From an uncultured Candidatus Saccharibacteria bacterium (lineage in GTDB: Bacteria > Patescibacteriota > Minisyncoccia > Minisyncoccales > GWA2-46-15), in contig CAYTHH010000001.1 of NCBI GenBank assembly GCA_964437545.1, forward strand, positions 118,036 to 152,377: 34,342 nt of DNA, written 5' to 3'. The translations under genes and the position numbers were made by a program. Positions 25,619-34,342 of this stretch are shown piece after piece (the first letter of the stretch is position 1; each line of letters begins with the position of its first letter). A model generated the notes under the pieces. That model did not search any database. It saw only the letters and a program-made list of their open reading frames with translations, and was not told where the DNA came from.

Positions 25619-26119
25619 TTAAACTTTTCTTCTAAAAACCTTTTTGAATCCTGGAACTGATTTGGGTTTCAGGACTTCTGCTCCCTGCTTTATTTTTGGC
25701 TTGGATTTTTTTACCTTTTCTTGAATCCCTTTCTTGGCTTCTGCCTTTTTAATTTTCTTAAAATTAGCTTTGCTAACGCCTCTTTTAGATTCTAAAACAA
25801 TTGTCAAATGTGAAGTTTTCTTTTGGATTGGAAACGCTTGTCCTCTAGCTCTGGGTCGCCACCTTTTTAACTTGCGTCCTTCATCAACTAAAACTTTAGC
25901 CAGGTACAAATCTTTTTCATCAAGCTGGAAATTATTCCTAGCATTGGCTAAAGCTGACTCCAAAAGTTTTAAAAATGGCCTAGCTCCTTTTTTAACCAAA
26001 AAGCTGAGTTTAGTTTTAGCTGTTAAAGCATCTTGGCTCCGAACCAAATTAGCCACTAATCTTAATTTACGTGGCGCAATCCTTAAATTTTTTAATTTGG
26101 CGATAACTTGTTGTTGCAC
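25619..26119 (-). CDS. rplV: 50S ribosomal protein L22 with Lys-rich C-extension
   Basis: RIAPRKLRLVA, SALANA, RARGQA; probable GTG start 26119. Confidence 0.95.
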   Translation of the reverse strand: MQQQVIAKLKNLRIAPRKLRLVANLVRSQDALTAKTKLSFLVKKGARPFLKLLESALANARNNFQLDEKDLYLAKVLVDEGRKLKRWRPRARGQAFPIQKKTSHLTIVLESKRGVSKANFKKIKKAEAKKGIQEKVKKSKPKIKQGAEVLKPKSVPGFKKVFRRKV

Positions 26120-26177
26120 GTTTTTAATTATCTTACAATAAATAAATGGAAAAAATACATTGAAAGACAAAGAAACT

Positions 26178-26516
26178 TCATTTCTTTGTTTCTGCAGCTT
26201 TAACAGCGCCGACCTTGGCGGCTTCATTCTGAGCTGACTTTGATTCTAATTCCCGTTGCATTTTACCTCCGTGTCTGGAAAATTTTGTTGTTAAAGAAAA
26301 TTCGCCTAAATAATGGCCGACCATGTCTTCGGTAATATAAACTGGAATAAATTCCTTGCCATTATGGACTCCAAAGGTAAAACCAATCATTTCTGGAGCA
26401 ATCTGGCTTCGCCTCGCCCAAGTCTTAATAATATCCTTTGATCCGGATTTTAAGTTTTTAAGCTTAGCAACTAATTTTTCATCCACATAAGGACCTTTTT
26501 TTGTACTTCTAGACAT
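26178..26516 (-). CDS. rpsS: 30S ribosomal protein S19
   Basis: [25 protein letters not shown]. Confidence 0.98.
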   Translation of the reverse strand: MSRSTKKGPYVDEKLVAKLKNLKSGSKDIIKTWARRSQIAPEMIGFTFGVHNGKEFIPVYITEDMVGHYLGEFSLTTKFSRHGGKMQRELESKSAQNEAAKVGAVKAAETKK

Positions 26517-26565
26517 AAATTTTTCTACTTTATGATTTTGGCTACGAATAAATTATTGGTAAACA

Positions 26566-27342
26566 TTATTTTTTCTTTTTCTTTTTTCTTCTTTGGATAA
26601 TAAGCTTATCAGTCCATTTTTGTCTTCTGGTTTTAACTCCTTTGGCATGTTTTCCCCAAGCAGTCTTAGCATAAGGCATACCGATTGGAGCCTTGCCTTC
26701 GCCGCCGCCATGAGGATGATCAACCGGATTCATGGCCGAACCCCTGACTGTTGGCCTAATTCCCTTACGCCGATTAGTTCCAGCCTTGCCAACATTCTTA
26801 AACATATGTTCAGAATAGGAAACAGTTCCAATGGTAGCAAAACAATCTTCAAAAACTTTCCTGACTTCACTTGAAGGCATCACTAGTTGCACCATGCCAC
26901 TATCATGAGCTAAGACTTTAGCGCTCGATCCTGCCGACCTAACCATTCTGCCGCCCCGATTGGGCTCAAGTTCAATATTAAAAACCATGGTACCAACCGG
27001 AATATTCTTTAATCTGGCTCGATTGCCGGAAATAATTTCAGTTTTGTCTTGAATAATTACGCTGTCTCCTGCCTTTAATCCTTGAGCGGCAATCACATAT
27101 CTTCTTTCTTTATCTTGGTATTCTAAAAGAGCAATATGAGCGGTTCTATAAGGATCATACTCAATAGAAACAACTTTAGCTGGCATATCTATCTTTTTTT
27201 GGCCAAAATCCATAATCCGGTACATTCTTTTCACCCCGCCCCCCTGATGTCTAACCGTAATCCGGCCTCGGCTGCGGCCAGCCTTGGCTTTAATAAATTT
27301 CAATAACTTTTTTTCCGGTTTTGCTTTGCTTAGCTTAGTCAT
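26566..27342 (-). CDS. rplB: 50S ribosomal protein L2 (N-terminally shortened)
   Basis: GRITVRHQGGG, EYDP.R, RPTVRGSAMNPVDHPHGGGEG. Confidence 0.98.
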   Translation of the reverse strand: MTKLSKAKPEKKLLKFIKAKAGRSRGRITVRHQGGGVKRMYRIMDFGQKKIDMPAKVVSIEYDPYRTAHIALLEYQDKERRYVIAAQGLKAGDSVIIQDKTEIISGNRARLKNIPVGTMVFNIELEPNRGGRMVRSAGSSAKVLAHDSGMVQLVMPSSEVRKVFEDCFATIGTVSYSEHMFKNVGKAGTNRRKGIRPTVRGSAMNPVDHPHGGGEGKAPIGMPYAKTAWGKHAKGVKTRRQKWTDKLIIQRRKKKKKK

Positions 27343-27347
27343 TTGTA

Positions 27348-27770
27348 TTAAACACTAAAGGCCTCGATCCGCTGACCTGGCGCTAGCTTAATAATCGCCT
27401 TTTTATAGCCCTTTTTCCAGCCCTGGCTTTTGCCTGACCTCTTGGTTTTACCGCTGATATTAATAATCCTGACGCTCATCACTTTAACTTTATAAAGGCT
27501 TTCGATGGCTTTTTTAACTTCTGTCTTATTGGCTCTGGGAAAAACCTTGAAAACATATTGGCTATCAGCAATCAGCTGAGTTGCTTTTTCGGTTACATGG
27601 GGGGAAAGTAAGATTGGAAAAGCTGGAAACGCCTTTGAAGATAAAACAGCCGAAGTCTTTTTTTTAGATTTTTCCTTTTTAACAACCTCTGCCTTAACTT
27701 CTTTTTTTACCAAGGGTTTAGGTAAAGGAGCTTTTTTGGTTTTTTTTCTTTTTAAAAAATCAAATACCAT
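27348..27770 (-). CDS. rplW: 50S ribosomal protein L23 with N-extension
   Basis: PHVTEKA, ANKTEVKKAIE, YKKAIIKL. Confidence 0.96.
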   Translation of the reverse strand: MVFDFLKRKKTKKAPLPKPLVKKEVKAEVVKKEKSKKKTSAVLSSKAFPAFPILLSPHVTEKATQLIADSQYVFKVFPRANKTEVKKAIESLYKVKVMSVRIINISGKTKRSGKSQGWKKGYKKAIIKLAPGQRIEAFSV

Positions 27771-27822
27771 ATTTATCTTAAATCATTTAAGGGTAGAAAA
27801 TTCATTGTGAAAGAAAAGATTT

Positions 27823-28500
27823 TCATTCTTCTTTTAAAAATGTGTTCTTTTTTATCAAGGCATTTTTTAATTCTGATATGGCCTTAATTGTTTCCTTGGT
27901 CATGATTAAGTATTGAAATGAAAGCACTTGCAAGGTATTAATATTCCTTAACTCGATAATTTCTAAACCCGGAATATTTCTTGAAGCCAAAACAACATTT
28001 TTATCAAGCTTAGCTAAAACCAATAAAGCCTTAGCTTTGTTAAAACCATTGATTTTTGATCTTAGAGTATTAAGAATTTCAACCATTTGCTTTGTCTTGG
28101 GAGCAGTCAGCTCAAGAGATTCTAAAACGATTAACTCTTTAGCTTTAGCTTTTTCAGACAAGGCTACCAATAAACTTTTTCTGGCCATTTTTTTAGAAAT
28201 CCCCTGCTTCCAAATCTTGTCATTTCTAGGACCAAAAGTTGTTCCGCCGCCTCTCCATAAGGGGGATCTGTTTGAAGAATGACGAGCCCGTCCCGTACCC
28301 TTTTGCCTCCAAGGCTTTTTGCCGCCGCCAGAAATTTCACCCCTAGTCTTGGTATGGGCTGCTCCTTGGCGCTGGTTTGCCAATTGTGATCTGGTTATCT
28401 GCCAAATTAAATCAGGATTAGAATCTAGCCCAAAAACATCCTTGGGTAACAAGATTTCCCCCGCCTTCTCTCCTGATTGATTATGAACCAAATATTTCAT
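27823..28500 (-). CDS. rplD: 50S ribosomal protein L4
   Basis: TKTRGEISGGGKKPWRQKGTGRAR. Confidence 0.98.
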   Translation of the reverse strand: MKYLVHNQSGEKAGEILLPKDVFGLDSNPDLIWQITRSQLANQRQGAAHTKTRGEISGGGKKPWRQKGTGRARHSSNRSPLWRGGGTTFGPRNDKIWKQGISKKMARKSLLVALSEKAKAKELIVLESLELTAPKTKQMVEILNTLRSKINGFNKAKALLVLAKLDKNVVLASRNIPGLEIIELRNINTLQVLSFQYLIMTKETIKAISELKNALIKKNTFLKEE

Positions 28501-28516
28501 ATCATAAATATTTCAA

Positions 28517-28668
28517 CTAGATACTCCATGTTTTGTATCTAGTATCTTGTATCTAGTATATAAACGACATATCAGAATCGTATACTAAATACAAAATACT
28601 AAATACCAGATACTAATCAGTCTTAATTTCAATAATAAAATTGATTGATCGGGATTTGATTAGTATTA
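28517..28668. repeat. GTATCTA/TAAATAC heptamer-array hairpin plus a second hairpin
   Basis: TGTATCTAGTATCTTGTATCTAGTATA / TATACTAAATACAAAATACTAAATAC; then ATACTAATCA / TGATTAGTAT. Confidence 0.75.
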
Positions 28669-28693
28669 TAAATTAGAAATTGGTCATTTTATT

Positions 28694-29293
28694 TTATCCG
28701 GTTATCTCTATCAAAGTGCCTCTTATCCCTGGAATAGCTCCTTTAACTGCCATCAAGTTATTATTCTTATCAATCTTTATAATTTTCAAATTTTTAACTG
28801 TGACTCTTTCGGCTCCCATCCGACCCGACATTTTTCTGCCCTTAATTAGTCTGCCTAAACCGCTCTGGCCAGTTGACCCCAATGTTCTCAGCTCATGTTT
28901 GGTGCCATGAGTTGTGGATAATCTGCCCTTAAAACCCCAAAGTTTGACTGCGCCAGCATAGCCCTTACCCTTAGAAATACCAGCTACTTTAATCTTATCT
29001 CCTTCAACAAAATCGGGCTCAAAGGCATCGCCAACTTTGTAATTCGCCAGCTCCTTTTCTAAAATCTTAATTTCTTTCAAAACCCTGTATTCTTTGCCTT
29101 TCATTGTTTTTTTTATCTTGCTGGGCTTATCAATCTTACCAAAACCAATCTGAATGGCAGTGTAACCGTCCCTGGGTTTCGTTTTTAACTGAAGAATCTG
29201 ATAAGAACCTGTTTCAATTAAAGTTACAGGAATCATTTTCCCGTCTTCAAAAATCTGGGTCATAGTTACTTTTCTACCAACTGTGAATTTCAT
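28694..29293 (-). CDS. rplC: 50S ribosomal protein L3
   Basis: MTQIF, PVTLI, DGYTAIQIG, SKGKG, VKGAIPG; start ATG 29293. Confidence 0.97.
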   Translation of the reverse strand: MKFTVGRKVTMTQIFEDGKMIPVTLIETGSYQILQLKTKPRDGYTAIQIGFGKIDKPSKIKKTMKGKEYRVLKEIKILEKELANYKVGDAFEPDFVEGDKIKVAGISKGKGYAGAVKLWGFKGRLSTTHGTKHELRTLGSTGQSGLGRLIKGRKMSGRMGAERVTVKNLKIIKIDKNNNLMAVKGAIPGIRGTLIEITG

Positions 29294-29417
29294 GCTCAGT
29301 AACAGAAAATCGGGCATAGCCCGATTCTCAGGTTCGGCTATTTCAAATAATTTATCTTTTTAAGATTGTATTTACCACCATATGGATTTTACAACTAAAA
29401 TTGAATAAAGTAAAGAC

Positions 29418-29768
29418 CTACATTTTGATCTCAATATCCACTCCGGTCGGTAAATTAAGGTTGGTCAGAGAATCAATGACTTTCTGGCCTGGTTCTAAAA
29501 TATCGATTAATCTCTTATGAATCCTCATTTCAAACTGTTCACGGCTGTCCTTATAGACAAAAGAGGAACGATTGACAGTATATTTCCTAATTTCAGTCGG
29601 TAAAGGAATCGGTCCCCTGATTTTAACGTTAAACCTCATAGCTGTCTCCACGATCTGGCGACAGCTGGCATCTAAAACCTTGTGATCATAAGCACGAAGC
29701 CTAATTCTAAGCTTAGCAGTTTCAATCTGGTTTTCTCTTTTTTCTGTAGCCTTAGTTTTTGTAACCAT
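29418..29768 (-). CDS. rpsJ: 30S ribosomal protein S10
   Basis: [28 protein letters not shown]. Confidence 0.98.
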   Translation of the reverse strand: MVTKTKATEKRENQIETAKLRIRLRAYDHKVLDASCRQIVETAMRFNVKIRGPIPLPTEIRKYTVNRSSFVYKDSREQFEMRIHKRLIDILEPGQKVIDSLTNLNLPTGVDIEIKM

Positions 29769-29813
29769 TCTAAAAAGGTAGTATCTGGAAAATTATTTCT
29801 TTATTAATTAGAA

Positions 29814-31013
29814 TCATTTAATCACCTTGGCAATGACACCAGCGCCAACAGTTTTGCCGCCTTCTCTAATAGCAAATCTTTGTTTTTCTTCCATGGCTAC
29901 AGGCACAATTAATTTGACAACAACGTTAACCGTATCGCCGGGCATAACCATTTCCGTGCCTTCTGGTAAAGTTACTTCGCCGGTAATATCGGTAGTCTTA
30001 AAGTAAAATTGAGGTTTATAGCCCTTGAAAAACGGTGTGTGACGACCGCCCTCTTCTTTAGTCAAAACATAAACTTCACCTTCGAATTCAGTATGCGGAG
30101 TAATGGATCCTGGCGCTGCCAAAACTTGACCACGTTCAACCTCTTCTTTCTTTAGCCCTCTTAAAAGAACGCCGACATTGTCTCCGGCAATGCCCTCATC
30201 AAGAATCTTTTGGAACATTTCAACACTGACAACAGTGGTCTTGACTGTCGGCTTAAGGCCAATTAGTTCAACTTCGTCATTGCCCTTAACCTTACCACGA
30301 TCAATCCTGCCGGTAGCTACTGTGCCACGTCCTTCTATTGTAAAAACATCTTCAATTGACATTAAGAAGGGTTTGTCAGTTTCTCTAACCGGCTCGGGAA
30401 TAGCCGTATCTAAAGCTTTAATAAGATCAAAAACACCACTGACCCATGGATCATCAGCCGAAGTAGCTTCTAGTGCCTTTAAAGCTGAACCTTTGATAAT
30501 GGGAATAGTATCTCCGGGATAACCATATTTTTTCAAGAGCTCTCTGACTTCTGATTCAACCAAATCAATAATTTCTGGATCGTCAACCAAATCAGTTTTA
30601 TTTAAAAACACTACTAAAGCTGGCAAACCAACCTGTCTGGCTAAAAGAATATGCTCTTTTGTCTGAGGCATAGGCCCGTCAGGAGCTGATACTACTAAAA
30701 TAGCACCGTCCATTTGGGCTGCGCCCGTAATCATATTCTTAATATAGTCAGAATGACCAGGGCAATCAATGTGGGCATAGTGACGGATATCTGACTCATA
30801 TTCAACGTGGCAAACATTAATCGTTACCCCACGAGCCTTTTCTTCGGGAGCTGAATCAATTTCACCAATACCCTTATTGGTCGCTTTGTAACCCTTAAGA
30901 TTCATGACCTTAAGAATTGCAGCGGTTAAGGTTGTTTTCCCATGGTCGACGTGGCCGATGGTACCGACATTAACATGAGGCTTTGACCTCTCAAACTTTT
31001 CTTTCTCTGCCAT
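29814..31013 (-). CDS. tuf: Elongation factor Tu
   Basis: [27 protein letters not shown]. Confidence 0.99.
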   Translation of the reverse strand: MAEKEKFERSKPHVNVGTIGHVDHGKTTLTAAILKVMNLKGYKATNKGIGEIDSAPEEKARGVTINVCHVEYESDIRHYAHIDCPGHSDYIKNMITGAAQMDGAILVVSAPDGPMPQTKEHILLARQVGLPALVVFLNKTDLVDDPEIIDLVESEVRELLKKYGYPGDTIPIIKGSALKALEATSADDPWVSGVFDLIKALDTAIPEPVRETDKPFLMSIEDVFTIEGRGTVATGRIDRGKVKGNDEVELIGLKPTVKTTVVSVEMFQKILDEGIAGDNVGVLLRGLKKEEVERGQVLAAPGSITPHTEFEGEVYVLTKEEGGRHTPFFKGYKPQFYFKTTDITGEVTLPEGTEMVMPGDTVNVVVKLIVPVAMEEKQRFAIREGGKTVGAGVIAKVIK

Positions 31014-31019
31014 AGTATG

Positions 31020-31098
31020 TGTATTTAGTATTTAGTAGCTAGTGTTTAGTATTCAGTATTCGTTAATACCAGATACAAGATACTAGATACCAGATACA
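31020..31098. repeat. GTATTTA/TAGATAC heptamer-array hairpin in the tuf leader (inverted relative to the 28517 copy)
   Basis: GTATTTAGTATTTAGTAGCTAGTGTTTAGTATTCAGTATT / AATACCAGATACAAGATACTAGATACCAGATAC. Confidence 0.75.
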
Positions 31099-31123
31099 AA
31101 AGTTATTGAATTATACTTTAATT

Positions 31124-31152
31124 ATTCTATTGTTTTTCAAAAAAATAGTCAA
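31124..31152 (-). promoter_or_regulatory. Internal promoter for tuf
   Basis: TTGACT-N17-TAGAAT. Confidence 0.6.
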
Positions 31153-31168
31153 GGAGAAAGATTATAGA

Positions 31169-33277
31169 TTACTTTCTCTTACCCTCAATAATCTCCTGGG
31201 CAATATTTTTGGGCACTTCCTGATAATGAGAAAATTCCATAGTAAAGGTTCCTCTTCCTTCGGTTAAAGATCTTAAAGCGGTTGCATAACCAAACATTTC
31301 TGATAAAGGCACTTCACCTTCAATAATTTTAGAATCAAGCCGATCAGAAGTTTTTTTAATCTGTCCCCTTCTGGCATTAAAGTTGCCGATCACTTCGCTG
31401 AAAGATTCTTTAGAACAAATAACTTCAATCTTCATAATTGGCTCTAGGATAACTGCTCCAGATTTCTTACATACTTCCTGGAAAGCCATAATTGAAGCAA
31501 TTTTAAAGGCAAGTTCAGACGAATCAACTTCGTGAAAAGAACCGTCATAAAGAGTCACTTCCAAATCAATCATCGGATAGCCGGCTACCACGCCTTTTTC
31601 CATAGCTTCTTTAACTCCTTTTTGAATTGCAGGAATATATTCTTGAGGAATAGTGCCTCCTTTGATTTTGTTGATGAATTCAAAGCCCTGACCCCTATCC
31701 TTAGCTTTAGCTTTCAGTTTAACATGACCGTATTGGCCACGGCCACCAGATTGTTTGACGTATTTTCCTTCTGCCTCAGCTTCACCGGTAATAGTTTCTT
31801 TGTAAGCAACTTGCGGACGGCCCACATTTGCTTCAACGGTAAATTCCCGTTTCATTCGATCAACAATGATTTCTAAATGCAATTCTCCCATGCCTGAAAT
31901 AATAGTTTCGCCAGTATCCATATCTCCTCTGACAACAAAGGTTGGATCTTCGTCAGATAGTCTTTTTAAAGCATTGCCCATTTTTTCCTGGTCAGCCTTG
32001 GTTATAGGCTCAATCCTAATAGAGATAACAGGTTCTGGAAAAACAATGTTTTCTAAAACAATTGGACTATTTTCGTCACAAAGCGTATTTCCGGTATGAG
32101 TGTTTTTAAGGCCGACGGTAGCACCAATTTCACCGGCATAAATTTCTTCAACCTCTTCGCGCTGATTAGCATGCATTCTTAAAATTCTGCCGATTCTTTC
32201 TTTTTCACCGGTGGTCGTATTTAAAACATAAGAACCCTTGGTCAGTTTTCCGGAATAAACTCTGAAAAATGTCAAGGTGCCCACATACGGATCAGCCGCG
32301 ATCTTAAAGGCTAAAGAGGCAAAGGGCTCTTCATCTGAAGTTTTTCTTTCAATTTCATTGCCGGTTTTAGGATCAATTCCCCTTACGGGCGGTATATCTA
32401 AAGGCGAGGGCAAGAAATGAACCACAGCATCTAAAATAGTTTCTACCATTACTCTTCGCCCGTCACCGCCTAAAATCGGAAAAAATGTTCCGGCTAAAGT
32501 CGCTTTCCTGATTGCTATTATCAGCTCTTCTTCAGTTAAAATCCCATCAGATAAAAATTTATTTACCAGCTCTTCGTCAGCCTCAACTGTTCTTTCGATC
32601 AGTTCAGCCCGATATTTTTCCATCGGTTCTTTCATATTCTCAGGTATCTCTGTTTCCACCATTTCCAAGCCCTCCTCATTTTTGTAGATATAAGCTTTGC
32701 GAGTGATCAAATCAACCACACCTTTTAATCCAGATTCGATCCCGATAGGCAACTGGATCGGAGAAGCATTTTGAGCGAGTCTTTTTCTAATTGATTCAAC
32801 GCTGTCATAAAAATTAGCGCCAATCAAATTAAGCTTGTTAATATAGCACATCCGGGAAACATTGTATTTGTCGGCCTGGCGCCAAACTGTTTCCGACTGG
32901 GGCTGAACTCCTTCCTTGCCATCAAAAACCACTACGGCTCCGTCTAAAACTCTTAAAGATCGTTGTACCTCAGCGGTAAAATCAATATGGCCAGGGGTGT
33001 CAATTAAGTTAATTCTAAATTCATCTTGACCTAAAGAACCAAAATTCAAAAACTTAGCTTTCCAAAAACAAGTTGTAGCGGCAGAAGTAATCGTAATGCC
33101 TCTTTCTTTTTCCTGGGCCATCCAATCCATTTCAGTATTGCCGGTATCAATATGGCCGATCTTATGGGTTTTACCCGTGTAATACAAAAGAGTTTCCGTG
33201 GTCGTGGTTTTACCAGCATCAATGTGGGCAATAATGCCAATATTTCTAATTCGATCTAGAGGGTAAAGTCTTGGCAT
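31169..33277 (-). CDS. fusA: Elongation factor G
   Basis: [36 protein letters not shown]; start ATG 33277. Confidence 0.98.
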   Translation of the reverse strand: MPRLYPLDRIRNIGIIAHIDAGKTTTTETLLYYTGKTHKIGHIDTGNTEMDWMAQEKERGITITSAATTCFWKAKFLNFGSLGQDEFRINLIDTPGHIDFTAEVQRSLRVLDGAVVVFDGKEGVQPQSETVWRQADKYNVSRMCYINKLNLIGANFYDSVESIRKRLAQNASPIQLPIGIESGLKGVVDLITRKAYIYKNEEGLEMVETEIPENMKEPMEKYRAELIERTVEADEELVNKFLSDGILTEEELIIAIRKATLAGTFFPILGGDGRRVMVETILDAVVHFLPSPLDIPPVRGIDPKTGNEIERKTSDEEPFASLAFKIAADPYVGTLTFFRVYSGKLTKGSYVLNTTTGEKERIGRILRMHANQREEVEEIYAGEIGATVGLKNTHTGNTLCDENSPIVLENIVFPEPVISIRIEPITKADQEKMGNALKRLSDEDPTFVVRGDMDTGETIISGMGELHLEIIVDRMKREFTVEANVGRPQVAYKETITGEAEAEGKYVKQSGGRGQYGHVKLKAKAKDRGQGFEFINKIKGGTIPQEYIPAIQKGVKEAMEKGVVAGYPMIDLEVTLYDGSFHEVDSSELAFKIASIMAFQEVCKKSGAVILEPIMKIEVICSKESFSEVIGNFNARRGQIKKTSDRLDSKIIEGEVPLSEMFGYATALRSLTEGRGTFTMEFSHYQEVPKNIAQEIIEGKRK

Positions 33278-33361
33278 TTTATCCAAAAATCGCCTGAAAA
33301 GCGACATAAAAGTAATAAATACATTGTGGAGAAGATACTCCGCAACTTGTTGTAGAGTACT

Positions 33362-33826
33362 TCATCTTGAGAAATGAGCAAAAGCGCGATTGGCCTCAGC
33401 CATGCGATGCATATCAAGTTTCTTTTTAATTGCCGGACCCTCGTTATTGTAAGCTGAAATTAATTCCTCAGAAAGCTTTTCTGCCATTGGTTTGCCTTTT
33501 TTGGCCTTGGCTGCTGCAATAATCCATCTCATCGCTAAAGTTATTTTTCTATCGCCCCTGACTTCAACTGGAACCTGATAAGTAGCGCCGCCGACTCTTT
33601 TGGCCCTGATTCCTAAAACCGGAGCGACATTTTTTAGGGCGCCGTCAAAAATATCCAAAGGATCTTTCTTAGTCTTTTTTTTCGCTAACTCAAAAGCATT
33701 ATAAACAATTCTAGTAGCAATGGTTTTCTTGCCCCGCCTCATTATTTGATTGATAAATTTGGCAACCATAATACTATTGTAAACAATATCGGGCTGAATT
33801 TCTTTTTTAATAACTTTACCTCTCAT
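33362..33826 (-). CDS. rpsG: 30S ribosomal protein S7
   Basis: [22 protein letters not shown]. Confidence 0.99.
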   Translation of the reverse strand: MRGKVIKKEIQPDIVYNSIMVAKFINQIMRRGKKTIATRIVYNAFELAKKKTKKDPLDIFDGALKNVAPVLGIRAKRVGGATYQVPVEVRGDRKITLAMRWIIAAAKAKKGKPMAEKLSEELISAYNNEGPAIKKKLDMHRMAEANRAFAHFSR

Positions 33827-33836
33827 ATATTATTTA

Positions 33837-34247
33837 TTATTTGGGCCTTTTAGTGCCGTATTTTGATCTTTCTTGTTTTCTATTTTCCACTCCGGCAGTA
33901 TCAAGAACGCCCCTGACAATATGATACCTGACTCCGGGCAAGTCTTTGGCCCGGCCGCCCCTGATAATTACTACTGAGTGTTCTTGTAAGTTATGTCCTT
34001 CGCCGGGAATATAGGCAGTCACTTCCATGCCATTGGTCAGTCTGACTCTGGCTACCTTTCTTAAGGCCGAATTTGGTTTCTTGGGAGTAGTGGTAAAAAC
34101 CTTCAAGCAAACTCCCCTCTTAAATGGCGAATAATAATCTTGAGGACGGTTTTTTAAAACATTAAAGCCATAAGTCAAAGCCGGCGTCTTGTCTTTCTTG
34201 GACGGAGTTTTTCTTCCTCTTTTTGCAAGCTGATGAATTGTCGGCAT
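33837..34247 (-). CDS. rpsL: 30S ribosomal protein S12
   Basis: [25 protein letters not shown]. Confidence 0.99.
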   Translation of the reverse strand: MPTIHQLAKRGRKTPSKKDKTPALTYGFNVLKNRPQDYYSPFKRGVCLKVFTTTPKKPNSALRKVARVRLTNGMEVTAYIPGEGHNLQEHSVVIIRGGRAKDLPGVRYHIVRGVLDTAGVENRKQERSKYGTKRPK

Positions 34248-34248
34248 T

Positions 34249-34342
34249 AAAAGTAAAATAAAATAAATTTTGATTTCCTCTGAAAAAGAAAAGTAAAATA
34301 AAATAAATTTTGATTTCCTCTGAAAAAGAAAAGTAAAATAAA
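34249..34342. repeat. 40-bp perfect tandem repeat running off the window end
   Basis: AAAAGTAAAATAAAATAAATTTTGATTTCCTCTGAAAAAG at 34249 and 34289, partial at 34329. Confidence 0.9.

Noticed and set aside
4825-33240. Many short antisense or alternate-frame ORFs in the track (e.g. 4825, 6807, 11933, 15343, 25734, 30178, 31532, 33046)
   Set aside because: Shadows of conserved genes with no motifs or initiation signals.
23012-33307. Longer N-termini given by the ORF track for rplX, rplN, rpsQ, rplV, rplC and fusA
   Set aside because: Family-typical starts lie downstream; the extensions run through neighbouring genes or intergenic elements.
34249-34342. CRISPR array
   Set aside because: Head-to-tail repeats with no spacers; the same applies to 22266-22338.

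Overview
Ribosomal-protein superoperon of a Patescibacteria (CPR, Parcubacteria-like) genome, almost all on the minus strand: str (rpsL-rpsG-fusA-tuf), S10, spc (no rpmD), secY-adk-map, an ~7.7 kb block of housekeeping genes (GT2, small multidrug export, tpiA, YkuK-like, mnmA, an orphan, short alaS, baseplate-J-like), then infA-rpmJ-rpsMKD-rpoA-rplQ-rplM-rpsI, a small membrane ORF and a solo Cas4-like nuclease. The left end holds a PEGA protein and two degraded small genes. Genetic code 11 (TGA is used as stop). No rRNA, tRNA or CRISPR array was seen. The unusual signal is in the gene junctions, which are normally tight: many hold 50-160 bp palindromic insertions from several recurring families. 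Several sit exactly at a start codon and duplicate it (TATG at alaS and rpsQ; 13 bp at rplX; ~78 bp at the cas4-like gene), and one appears to lie in frame inside rpoA. A PaaX/Cas2-like gene between adk and map is bracketed by two 38-bp palindromic direct repeats. Together these suggest, by inference only, a start-codon-targeting system of small mobile elements or cassettes.
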